Positions 45,770 to 56,944 of a DNA stretch of 64,000 nt are shown here, in pieces. The stretch is from NCBI GenBank assembly GCA_051294905.1, contig CM119373.1, forward strand, positions 35,278,001-35,342,000, written 5' to 3'. A program made the translations under genes and the position numbers. Each line of letters begins with the position of its first letter. Within the stretch, counting starts at the first letter, position 1. The notes beneath the pieces were generated by a model, which saw nothing but the letters and a program-made list of their open reading frames with translations, made no database searches and was not told the DNA's origin. The DNA comes from Botryllus schlosseri. Taxonomy: Eukaryota.

Positions 45770-47407
45770 ATGGATGTTGTGAGTAGCTGGCCAGATGAAA
45801 TGTGGTTGAAGATTCTCGAATACCTTCCACTTCATGACCGTTTTGAATGGGTCAAACTTACGAACAAAAGGTTATTTCACCTTGCTGGAGACATATCTGC
45901 AGTCCAAGATCTCGATTTTCTCGGATGTAGTTATGTATCGAACGATCAGTTTTTGAAAATAATCAATCGTTCGACGGACACTGTGAGATTTTTGTCCTTC
46001 CGGGACTGCACATGGCTCTCGAATCAAATCTGCACCGCCATGCCGAGATTGAAAAATCTTGCTACGCTGGATATACTGGGGTGTTTCTTGAGTAGCGAAA
46101 CGTTGCACAGTCTACTCCACGCTACGCGTTCCATAAAAAGATTGGTTCTATCCACTACCGAACTGGTTATGAAAGATTTTTGTCTGCGGCAGTCAAAACA
46201 CGTATTGTCAGTTCTGGTCTTACATGTAGAACTGCTTCACGATCCTGGAAAACTCGGCTGGTTTGAAACCAGAACGGTGTTGAAGAATTTCATTAAGACA
46301 TGTTGTTATTCTTAACCACATTGCATTTCAGTCCAAACTCTCAAGTATTTGCCTTTAGATCATTTTGAAGACATATTCATCGAGACAAATCTTGCTGTTC
46401 ATAGAGACTCCACCCAGCGAGTGATGCAGGAGGCGTGTGATAAAGCTTACCATAATCAGATACTGATTGCAGAGACTTTGCATAGAGATGGCCTCGGCCG
46501 GTTGCTTAGATGAAGCCCGGGTGCTCTTTCTTCCTATCCAGGGATTAAGGCATGGGAATATGCCTACATCATGTTATTGTGAAGGAAAATACCTGCCTGT
46601 TGAACTACATGAACTGGAGTATCTTATTTGCTCGCGGGACGAATATGGTGATGGTAATTGTCCAGATACTGCTGAGGCAGTTTTGCAAAATTCCAGTATT
46701 CCGAAACTGACACATCTGGACTTGGGCAGACGGTGCGTTTCTTATTTTGGTCACGCCGAGGCATTCCCGGGTGTATGCAAGAAATTACCATCTTTCACAA
46801 ACCTCGTTGAGCTTAATGTGTGTGGGCTGGATTTGAATGCTAACATGTTTCTATTAGCGATTATGGACATGAAACATTTGAAGGGTTTGTCTTTTTCGCT
46901 CCATCTTCCTATTCAATCTGATCCGGATCCAGAACAAGACATAATGAATTTCACAACTAAGACAGGAGACACGGATGAAAGTTGCAGGTATTCGATGTTT
47001 TTGTCGAAATTGGTGAAAAATTTCCCGGATTTGGAAAAGTTGGAAATAAGTTGTAGCATGGATGCCCAAAAATTCCCGATTTGCACATGAGTAGCAATCT
47101 ACAAAGATTCACTCTGTATTCAAAGTCGACATTGTCAGCAGCGTGGATCGAGTCATTTCTGCGACCGGTTGTTGCAACTTGCGAACATTTCTTTATGTGC
47201 CATATCGAATGTCAAAATGTGAACGTGGGAGTTAAAAAGATGATTGCAAAGTACCGAAAGCTTTGTGAATCAAAATATCGTAACAATGTGGTATTGTCAT
47301 GCAGTAATAATCGTATCAGCCAACATCCAGTGTGTCAAAGTTGGCAGGGTAGGTCGTTTTCATCTGTCGCCACTTACAGCCCGTTCGACTTTCTAAAGAT
47401 GCCTTGA
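45770..47407 (+). pseudogene. F-box/LRR pseudogene (paralog-1-type body)
   Basis: Nonsense TAA at 46313, a frameshifting deletion near 46490, and an approximately 250-nt internal deletion near 47068. It ends in PFDFLKMP* like paralog 1. Confidence 0.9.
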
Positions 47408-48039
47408 GCGCAAGTAAACCGGTTTACCATCATATTTCTGTTTTGATTTTCGTTCAACGTCTTGAACTGCCGTTTTCTTAGAATTGATGCTTTTAATTAG
47501 TTTTTGTTATCTCCTTCATTTTCTCGATAGTACTCAGATGTCAGAACGATCCGCAGATAGGCTAGCTACCCAGTACACGGTAAATTTGAGATCCCGCCAC
47601 CGCGAAATTATCCGCTAGGAGCAGCACAAAAGAGAGCTTTCAGCGCATGGCCGCCAACGAAGCTAGGCGCTATAGGGAAAATTTCCCTTTTTTCCCGCTT
47701 TGCGTAAGTTCTGCGTTCCCCGTCTCGCTCTTTTGCGATTCAACGTGCTGGGAACATGACAGGAACTGATCGTGCTGCAGATTTCAGAACTTTCTTGGCG
47801 AGTAACGGTGTTGCATCGCGCCATATCAAGAAATTGGAAGGTAGATAAATAGCTTTAGCATTCATGTACCCTGTTATCTAGATATCTGATATAAAGTACG
47901 ATCCTAATCTGTATATAGCTCACGCATAGCTTAAGCAATATGACCTGTTATAACAGCTAAGAGACGCTCTTCGCCATGAGTATCAGAAGAAGTTGCGATA
48001 CTTTTTTCTACTGTGTTAGCATTGATCGGCCGTATTGCA

Positions 48040-48403
48040 GCGTACCGGTACCAAACATAGTAAAGAGCTTGGAATCTTGTCAATTTACATTCTGTTGTGG
48101 TGTCATTATGAGTGGAACAAAGTTGGAGATATCCTTGTTGAACGGCTCAAAGATGATGGCTTACCAGAATTTATTTGTATTGATAAGCTGTTGTATGTAA
48201 ATGATCAATTATTTTGCAACTACCATAAACTGGATGTCTGTGCTTTCGATTTCACAATGAATTCAGTTGTTATTACGCATAGCAATATCTGTGGGTTGAA
48301 CTGCATTTCTGGTCATGAATTTCGGTGGCCTCAAATCAGTAATATTATTGATGATCAGCAGTTTGTAATGGCGAGGCATGTTGGACATGTGTACTGCTTG
48401 TAA
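48040..48403 (+). pseudogene. C-terminal remnant of a CACTA-like transposase
   Basis: VIMSGTK / KVGDILVERLKDDGLPEFICIDKLLYVNDQLF (frameshifted) resembles the GT.Yk.G......lP.F..I..il tail I recall for animal CACTA transposases. No catalytic core is present. Confidence 0.5.
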
Positions 48404-49033
48404 CGATAAGGATTATCTGTAGTATTGATGTTACGTTCAAAACTGTTTCATTTTTTTAAAGAGAATGATGTCAATTCGTATAATTTTTGCGGGCTTTGTG
48501 ATAAAGACTTCTGGCAAATATTCACCATTGGTGTGACGCGCCATCTGTTGAATCTGCAAGAAGTAAGAAGCTAATCAACTGAAATGTGTTCATGCAACTA
48601 AGTCTTGTTGTTTCAGTTATGGAAAAAGTCGTCAACAAATCAATGTCAAAACAATATATCCGATAAATCAGCCTCGATCGCTGAATCAGATACCACTTTG
48701 CCGGGAGAAGCGTCAGTTAATGAGGATTTAGATACCACCGTGCCCGTAGAGCCGTCAGTCCGTTGTGATTTAGCTTCTTCAGAAGCAGCTATGCCAGTAA
48801 GTATTTGATAAAATTTTGCAATGAATTTAGCTAACCTGAATGCCTCAGCAGTCCACACCTCCTCAAGAAGACGACAACTCGACAGATCTCCTTGTGGATG
48901 ATATGGTAAATATCCACATTATTCTAGTAGGACACCAACTCATATTTTCATCGATTTTTAATCAGCCACCATGCAGTATCAAGCACCTCGTCAGGTAAAT
49001 TACTAAATAGTATGTAATGTGGGTATAGAAGTA

Positions 49034-49833
49034 CATAGTTTGTACTGCGAGTAAATAGAAGTAGTCCGGCGACGTGCGCCGGTGTAAATTACTGCATAGT
49101 TTGTACTGCCAGTAAATAGAAGTAGTCCGGCGACGTGCGCCGATGTAAATTACTGCATAGTTTGTACTGCCAGTAAATAGAAGTAGTCCGGCGACGTGCG
49201 CCGGTGTAAATTACTGCATAGTTTGTACTGCCAGTAAATAGAAGTAGTCCGGCGACGTGCGCCGATGTGAATTACTGCATAGTTTGTACTGCCAGTAAAT
49301 AGAAGTAGTCCGGCGACGTGCGCCGGTGTAAATTACTGCATAGTTTGTACTGCCAGTAAATAGAAGTAGTCCGGCGACGTGCGCCGATGTAAATTACTGC
49401 ATCGTTTGTACTGCCAGTAAATAGATGTAGTCCGGCGACGTGCGCCGGTGTAAATTACTGCATAGTTTGTACTGCCAGTAAATAGAAGTAGTCCGGCGAC
49501 GTGCGCCGATGTAAATTACTGCATCGTTTGTACTGCCAGTAAATAGATGTAGTCCGGCGACGTGCGCCGGTGTAAATTACTGCATAGTTTGTACTGCCAG
49601 TAAATAGAAGTAGTCCGGCGACGTGCGCCGATGTAAATTACTGCATAGTTTGTACTGCCAGTAAATAGAAGTAGTCCGGCGACGTGCGCCGGTGTAAATT
49701 ACTGCATAGTTTGTACTGCCAGTAAATAGAAGTAGTCCGGCGACGTGCGCCGGTGTAAATTACTGCATAGTTTGTACTGCCAGTAAATAGAAGTAGTCCG
49801 GCGATGTGTGCCGGTGTAAATTACAGCATAGTT
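49034..49833. repeat. 61-bp minisatellite, about 13 copies, intronic
   Basis: Unit GTAAATTACTGCATAGTTTGTACTGCCAGTAAATAGAAGTAGTCCGGCGACGTGCGCCG(G/A)T. The register shifts 1 nt per 60-nt line. Confidence 0.97.
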
Positions 49834-50636
49834 AAACTAATATTTACACATTCAGGTGGATTCAAGTTGACTGTTAAAGAAGCTACTCGTCAGCTGCAAA
49901 ATGAATTTGACAACGAGGACTGCAACTGGCAGAAAATCGTGACTCTTTTCAAACAATTGTACGGGTACCGGCGTGCTCAGCTAACAAAGAAAGGGATCCC
50001 TCTCAATGAAATTCTGCAAACTTTCCCAACCTTGGGTGATATCAGACTGGTGAGCGCATGTATGATTTACCATTAGGCCTCTGCGATATCGAGTGCGCGT
50101 CAGTGTATTGAGTATTACAGTCGAGACTTGTATTCCTGTATCACTCATTCTGATGTCACAACATGAATGATTTGGGGTAGGAATTATGTGCCTTTTATAC
50201 GGCCAAAAAGAATATAGTGATAGTTCTTAATATAATACTGAAAAATTTCTTTACAGGTCAGGGAAGACTTCTGGAAGTTAGTTGCACCAACTACAATTGA
50301 TGAGATGAGAACTAATTACACAAAAATGATGAATACATTGGATAAGATATTTGGGGTAAATTGGGACTTGCAAAGCTATTATGATTTAGAATGATTGATA
50401 ATAACTTCTCGATTTTTTGTTTTTCAGTACAGTGTGAATGATCAACTTAAAAATCTGCTGAAAGTACAATCGCAACTCGCCGATGGCAGAGTAAAGTGGA
50501 AGAAGACCGACGCCAGCCTGAACTCTAAAAAGAAGTCCACAGTATCTGCATTGTCAGTGGAACAGGTACTTGATTATAACTAAGTTTATATAATGATTTC
50601 AATCACTGATACATGTAGCTGACTGTGCGGCAGTGG

Positions 50637-50770
50637 TGAGCGAGATAGTGTAATGGTTATGCGTCCGGGTTCTCGATCGGTAGGTCGTGGGTCATACCAA
50701 AGACTGTAAAACTTATTGTGTGGCGTGTCTAAATAACTTGGTGAATTACTGGTGTAGAGTTGTTACCCCT
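50637..50770 (+). mobile_element. Possible tRNA-derived SINE fragment in an intron
   Basis: A-box-like TAGTGTAATGG at 50646-50656, a tRNA-like head lacking the B box, then GTCATACCAAAGACTGTAAAA, which I recall from invertebrate SINE bodies. Confidence 0.4.
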
Positions 50771-51299
50771 GTTGTTGACAGTCGTATTCATAGTTTGAAT
50801 TTTTAAAAAATACTTGCATTTCAGGCTCAAGATACTGAAATCCACTGCAAACGATCACACCCTCCACATTTGGTTGTTGCCAAGCACGAAAATGGCAAGA
50901 TCCAGGGCTGGATTCTGGCTGATGGCCACAAAATTTCTTGCCAAGAATACGATACGGTCTTTGACATGTTAATTATGTTAATATTATGGCATGCTATTAT
51001 GCCTGGGACCTATCATATCCGAAAGATTTTCAGCTTCTGGCTTTCGTTCAACATGTGGTAATAGGTGACAAAAGTGCTCAATATGTGTCTACCAGATTGG
51101 CTGATTTCTTTTTAAGATTTCAACAATCTGCTCCAGAATAAGACTTTTTCCGGGTTTCTCACTATCGTTTTTTGAGTAGTACTTCACAAGTACGTTAGAT
51201 CGTACAAATCCTGTGAGGTTAAGTTCCTCTCCGCATTCGTTTATTGAGTATGGTACTTTGAAGTACGTTTTAGTACTTGTACTAATTATGTTACATAAT

Positions 51300-51525
51300 C
51301 CAACTTCTGTAATTAGTTTTTTGTTTGTAATTCTTGATTGAAAAATTCGGCTCTGATTTATGCTGGTATGTTACATGATCCAAATTCTGTAATTTGTTTT
51401 TTTTTGTAATTCTAAATTGAAAAATTCGGCTCTGATTTATGCTGGTATGTTACATGATCCAAATTCTGTAATTAGTTTTTTTTTTGTAATTCTAAATTAA
51501 AAAATTCGGCTCTGATTTATGCTGA
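51300..51525. repeat. About 70-bp subterminal tandem repeat (3 copies) of the CACTA-type element
   Basis: ttctgtaatt...aaaaattcggctctgatttatgctg occurs three times. A GGAAACACCT(T)AA triplet follows at about 51752-51797. Confidence 0.8.
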
Positions 51526-52257
51526 TGCAAGTCCTATTTTTTGCCTTCAATTTCATTTCGTTTACTTGTTGATTTCTTTGCACGTTCATTTTTCCGTTTA
51601 TAATAAAATGTTCCATGCGGGATTCGAACAGTTTTAGATGTCGTCGAGTACACCAGGTGGTTTTAGTGTTATTTCGAGGACAGGTCGACTTGACATGTAC
51701 GCCAGATTATTTAGTATTCTATATCAGGCCGCATTGAGGTATCACCTAGATCGGAAACACCTAAATACGGAAACACCTTAATATGGAAACACCTAATCGA
51801 TATCATCTAGGACATTTTTCGTGGGATCTTTTTTGACGAAAAAAGTGTTGTCTTTTCTGATTTCAATGACATGAAAAAACTTACAGTGTATGTCAATTGT
51901 ATGACATGGTTTGCAATTTTAGAATTTGCCTAAAATAAGAGATGAAGAGTATTTGCATCCAAATTTTCACACCCACCCAAAATTCACTGAATATGATCCA
52001 CTTGGAAGTTTTTGTCTAATCCATGATGGCTTTGTCAATTCCCTGTCATTAATATGTGATATTACCGTATCAGCAGTGAATAAATTTGTGTTGAAGTTGA
52101 AGTTGATGTTTAAACAATGCGATAGTATTGGCTTCTACATTCCATTTCGTACATGAACATTGTTACCAGTACGTTGATTTTTCCTCTTACTTGACCTGTG
52201 GTTTCTGTTTCTAACTGCGTATTTGAGATCTTCCCAGTTATCACATGTATTTGGTAG

Positions 52258-52660
52258 GATTTTTCAGAGGGTTTTGCTTCGTTACGCAATCTCGTTTATC
52301 TACGACTTGTCCACAATGATTTGGAGTCTGTATCGATATTCAGCAATTTGCAAATGAGTAGAAATCTTCAAAGATTCACTCTTTATTCAAAGTCTACCTT
52401 GTCAGCGGCGTGGATCGAGTCATTTCTGGGACCGGTCGTTGCAACCTGCAATCTGTTCTGTATGTGCCATATCGTGTGTAAAAATGTGGATGCTAAATTG
52501 CAAAATACCGCAACATTTGTGAATCGAAATACCGTAACAAGGTGATATTGTCATGCAGTGATAATCGTATTACCCAACATCCAGTGTGCCAAAGTTGGCA
52601 GGGACGCTCGATCTCACAAGTTGCCACATACAGCCCTTTTGACATTGTAAAAAACCATGA
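52258..52660 (+). pseudogene. 3' fragment of a paralog-2-type gene
   Basis: Matches 5731-6147 and ends PFDIVKKP*. It is joined directly to spacer homologous to about 2530. Confidence 0.88.
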
Positions 52661-52670
52661 GTGTAAATTT

Positions 52671-53115
52671 TAGACGCGTAGCCAGCCAAAAAATAAGGAT
52701 GGTTGAATTTACTAATTTAGCATCAATTCATTAGCGTTGAGTACATGCACAAATGGCGATTATACAATATCCTCGTGTTGACGAAGTATGATAGGCTTGC
52801 CAACGAGTCCGGCAGTGCTGTCAATTAGCGAGTCCCTGATCTATTATGAACAATAAAATATGTGTGCTTATCAGCATGTATTACATAGCTCAAGACAAAA
52901 TGACCAAGTTGATATGGAGTCTGTTCCATAATGGCCTTTCCGGTGGCTCAATCATTTATCATCTTTTATAGCTCAAGCTTTGACACACATCTTACGGTAT
53001 TTTCAGTATTAGCGGAAATCAATGTTCCGCACGCACATGTTTGCGGACATTCGATATCATCAAGTTTCGTGATGTCACTCTTTAATCACACCTGAAGCCC
53101 CTGGCTACGCGCCTG
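52671..53115. mobile_element. Paralogous copy of the 6158-6605 MITE
   Basis: Same TAGACGCGTAGCCAG / CTGGCTACGCGCCTG ends and same position after the stop codon. Confidence 0.65.
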
Positions 53116-53695
53116 TTATATGATGCCCTGACTTGACATCATATTTCTGTTTCTAACTTTATTTTTTGTCAGTTGGCATTGAACTACCATTTTCTTTAAA
53201 ATAGGCTAAATATGAAATTCATTTCATTCATTCATCTATCATTTCATCCATAATGCTAAGAACATCGGTCTTGCGAGCTAACTTCCCACCATGTCAATTG
53301 TATGACATAGTACATAATTTGAGAAGGATCCAAAGTGAAGTAGGTAGTTTGATTGAAATAATTACTTACACCCCTCATGATATCACCAAATATGATCCGG
53401 TGTGTTCCAATTTGTGAATTTTAGTGTAATTCCAGACGTGTTACTTCCATGTCAATGATATTTTTATTATTATATTGGCTGTCAATATAATTGTGTTGAT
53501 CCTCAACCATGTAGGCCTACGTAATATTAGCTATTGCGAATATTGCAGTCTCAGCATTTTGAAGAGCTTCTCGTTGATACAGAACCTCAATATACAAATA
53601 AATAGTATATTGAAATGAACCTGGATATTTTCGGCTGACATTTGTCAGGGGTATTCGTCATCAACTAGTAGATCAGTTGAAAGAGCAATGCATAC

Positions 53696-54187
53696 CAGGG
53701 TTGTAACCAAGTCACAAGGCTCCGAGTCAAAAGTCGAGTCATTTTCAATTCACCACCGAGTCAAGTCCGAGTCCATGTCAGCGAGCAGAGGGTCGAGTCC
53801 AAGTCATGGTGTTTTGACTCGAGTCGCAGTCCAGGTGATTGCGTTGACTGCTCAGTTTTCGGTTAAATTCTTGTTTAACCCACTTTTTATGACTCTTCGG
53901 TGCTACCGAACTATTCGCATTTATAATATACTAATTTTCCCCGCTCTTAACAGTTTGTGGTCTTATTTTTGAAATACCAGTACCAATAGACGATATACCA
54001 ATGGTGCGCTTACTTTTCTATTCATCGAAATTACAATAAAATGTTGGTCTTGCCCGCCTAATTCATACACAATGACTCGAGACCACGTCGCGTCATTACA
54101 AAGATTGACTCGAGTCATTTCTTTATTCTGAGAAAATGACTGGAGTCGAGTCATGAAAAAATTGCGACTCGAGTCATTGCAACCCTG
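53696..54187. mobile_element. Paralogous copy of the 7187-7679 MITE
   Basis: TIRs CAGGGTTGTAA / TTGCAACCCTG with identical flanks. Confidence 0.75.
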
Positions 54188-55084
54188 TTGCATATCAACA
54201 ATGGTATCGCAAAAATGAAGTCACCGGCATTGAAATGTCGAATAATCAAGGTGATGTCCTTTCGAATTCTCCACTAGTTGATAACGGTCACCTCCGACGA
54301 GTGTCAGCCAAAAATATTCGAGTTGATTTCAGTATGAATATGCTATCCAGAAGAGTAATAATTGTACATCATTATGCATACATTTCACATTTCGTATATA
54401 GGTTTTCATGCATAAGTATCATTGCAAGAGAGAATGGCCTATGTAGGTGTCTGGTTTTGGGTGAAACACTTGAAATGTTATGAGGATCATTTGAAAAATG
54501 AAGCCCGTATACTGGGGGGTGAAGAAATGAACCATGTCTTCGTTATTGGTTTCACCGCATATAAGATATTGAATTTATGTTTATCATCGTGTATGATTAA
54601 TTTAATTTTCAATGCTTCCACTGTTCAGCAGTATCCATTTCCATATTTCATTTTATGCATCAGCATCATGTTCATTCTCGCTGTTATTTTGACTTGCTCA
54701 CTTCAATTTTGTCTCACACTGTTTACGTACCTGACACCGTGCCAGTTGTCACATGCATATGGTATAATATATCAGCATTTTCTTTCAATAGCTGCCAAAC
54801 AATCGCCGCCGTCTTATTCTATCCACACACGCTTTTGTTTCTCAATTCAATATTCTGATTACATCGCTGGATTTAGCGCGTAGCCTTTTTGTGCATATAA
54901 GAGCTGCTTATCACGTGCTCAATTGCATCAACCTGCTAAAAATCCGCCATTTGTTGTTATTATCAAATAAACAGTGTTTGATATATCATCCCCATTTCAT
55001 TTATTACGGTATATCACCCTTTTATTTTCAGATCATAGTTTCAGTTAAAACTTGTTACTACTTTTCATCTGTGAAGATTTCGTA

Positions 55085-56944
55085 ATGGATATCGTGGGCG
55101 GCTTGCCCGATGAAATCTGGCTGAAGATTCTCGGTTACCTACCAGTACATGATCGTCTTGAATGGGTTAAGTTTACAAACAGAAGATTTTGTCAGCTTGC
55201 TGGAGATATAACCGCAGTCCAAAATCTCGATTTTCACGGATGTAGTTATGTATCGAACGATCAGTTTTTGAAAATAATCAATCGTTCAAAGGATAGTGTG
55301 AGATTTTTATCTTTCCGGGACTGTGCTTGGCTCTCGAATCAAATCTGCACCACCATGCCTAGATTGAAAAATCTTGTTACGCTGGATATATTGGGGTGTT
55401 TCTTGAACAGCGAAACATTACACAGTCTTCTTCGTGCCACTCGCTCCATAAAAAAGTTGGGTATATCCACTACAGAACTCGTCATGAAAGATTTTTGTCA
55501 GTTGCAGTCAAAACGCGGATTGTCACTTCGAGTCTTACATGTAGAATTGCTTCACGATCCAGAAAAAGTCAGCAGTCGCCAAACCAGAACGGTGTTAAGG
55601 AATTTTATCAAGACATGCTGTCATTCTAAACCACACTGCATTACAGTCCAAACTCTCAAGCATTTGCCTCTAGATGATTTCGACGATATATTCATTGAGG
55701 CAAATCTTGCGGTCTATCGAGACTCCGTCCAAAGAGTGATGAGGGAAACTTATGATCGAGCATACCAAAATCAGATGCTGATTGCAGTGGCTTTTCATCG
55801 AGTAGACAGTGCTCTGTCGAAAGGTTGCTTAGATATGGCTAAGGTACTTTGTCTTCCAATGCTGTTGAGACATGAGAGAAAATATGTATCCTGTTACTGT
55901 AAAGGACGTCCCCTCCCTAACACACTGCATGAACTCGAGTATCTTATTTGCTCCCGTAATGAATATTGGGGTGATCCAGATTCAGCTGAGGATCTTTTGC
56001 TGAACCACAGTCTTCCGAATCTCACACATCTAGACTTGGGCCACCGGCTCTGTTCTTATGTTGATATCTCCGAGGGTATATGCACGAGATTACCATTTTT
56101 CACAAACCTTGTTGAGCTGAATGTGTATGGGGTAAGCATGGATGCTAACGTCCTTTTGAATTCGATTATGGGCATGAAACATTTGAATGGTTTGTCTTTT
56201 TCACTACATATTCCTTTGCAATGTGATCCAGAACAGAACGTGACTGAGACAAGAGAAACAGATGCAAGTGGCAGATACTCAATGTTTTTGTTGAAATTGG
56301 TGAATAATTTACCAGGCTTAGAAAAGTTGGAACTGCTCTGTAGCGTAGATGCCAGAAAATGTTTTGCTGTCTGTGATCTAAAACCAATAGTTGAGCTGGC
56401 AAAACTTCGTTATCTATCTCTACATAGATTTCCTCTGGACAATGTAGATCAGCTCGCAAAGATCCTATCCAGCAACAAGAATATATCATCATTGGATCTT
56501 GGTCACTTTGAAACAGATGTTGTCTGTGATTTTTCAGAGTGTTTTGCTTCGCTACGCAATCTCATTTATCTACGACTTGCCCATAATGATTTGGAGTCTG
56601 TCTCAAAATTCAAAGATTTGCAAATGAGTAGAAATCTTCAAAGATTCACTCTTCATTCAAAGTCCTCCTTGTCAGCAGCGTATATCGAGTCATTCTTGGG
56701 ACCATTCGTTGCAACCTGCGATTTGTTTTGTATGGCACATATCCAATGTCAAAATGTGGATGAAGATGTGAAAAAGATGATTGAAAAGTACCGCAATATT
56801 TGTGAATCGAAATATCGTAACAACGTGGTATTGTCATGCAGCGATGATCGTATCAGCCAACATCCAGTCTGTCAAAGCTGGCAGGGAAGGTCGTTTTCAT
56901 CTGTTGCCACATACAGCCCTTTTGACTTCCTAAAGATGCCTTGA
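55085..56944 (+). CDS. FBXL18-like: F-box/LRR protein (FBXL18-like), intact paralog, 619 aa
   Basis: Uninterrupted ORF from MDIV; acceptor AG at 55030-55031. Confidence 0.92.
   Translation: MDIVGGLPDEIWLKILGYLPVHDRLEWVKFTNRRFCQLAGDITAVQNLDFHGCSYVSNDQFLKIINRSKDSVRFLSFRDCAWLSNQICTTMPRLKNLVTLDILGCFLNSETLHSLLRATRSIKKLGISTTELVMKDFCQLQSKRGLSLRVLHVELLHDPEKVSSRQTRTVLRNFIKTCCHSKPHCITVQTLKHLPLDDFDDIFIEANLAVYRDSVQRVMRETYDRAYQNQMLIAVAFHRVDSALSKGCLDMAKVLCLPMLLRHERKYVSCYCKGRPLPNTLHELEYLICSRNEYWGDPDSAEDLLLNHSLPNLTHLDLGHRLCSYVDISEGICTRLPFFTNLVELNVYGVSMDANVLLNSIMGMKHLNGLSFSLHIPLQCDPEQNVTETRETDASGRYSMFLLKLVNNLPGLEKLELLCSVDARKCFAVCDLKPIVELAKLRYLSLHRFPLDNVDQLAKILSSNKNISSLDLGHFETDVVCDFSECFASLRNLIYLRLAHNDLESVSKFKDLQMSRNLQRFTLHSKSSLSAAYIESFLGPFVATCDLFCMAHIQCQNVDEDVKKMIEKYRNICESKYRNNVVLSCSDDRISQHPVCQSWQGRSFSSVATYSPFDFLKMP

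Larger units (their letters stand above)
48617..51141 (+). pseudogene. Spliced second ORF of the CACTA-type element, frameshifted in the last exon
   Basis: In-frame GT-AG exons at 49856-50049, 50257-50355, 50428-50565 and 50825-51141; likely upstream exons at 48617-48796 and 48849-48905. After a frameshift near 50980 it reads MACYYAWDLSYPKDFQLLAFVQ, resembling the YYvfnl.YP...l.FiQ motif I recall for this ORF class. Confidence 0.6.
47576..51888 (+). mobile_element. Internally deleted CACTA/EnSpm-type DNA transposon (4313 bp)
   Basis: TIRs CACGGTAAATTT / AAACTTACAGTG (10/12), flanked by TA on both sides. It interrupts sequence contiguous at 2156-2186, and carries a transposase-like C-terminal remnant and a spliced second gene. 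Confidence 0.8.
52258..55330 (+). repeat. Segmental duplicate of about 5731-8715
   Basis: Colinear, including both MITEs (52671-53115 and 53696-54187) and the MDIVGGLPDEIW start. Confidence 0.9.

Noticed and set aside
49034-49833. 61-bp repeat array as a possible CRISPR
   Set aside because: There are no unique spacers between repeats and no cas genes, and the context is eukaryotic.
50637-50700. tRNA gene
   Set aside because: Only an A-box-like half is present, with no T-arm/B box or acceptor stem. At most it is a SINE head.
50966-50985. ATGTTAAT duplication as an 8-bp hAT excision footprint causing the ORF2 frameshift
   Set aside because: The repeat period is 9 nt (ATGTTAATT/ATGTTAATA), which would not shift the frame, and the exact indel cannot be resolved without an intact relative.
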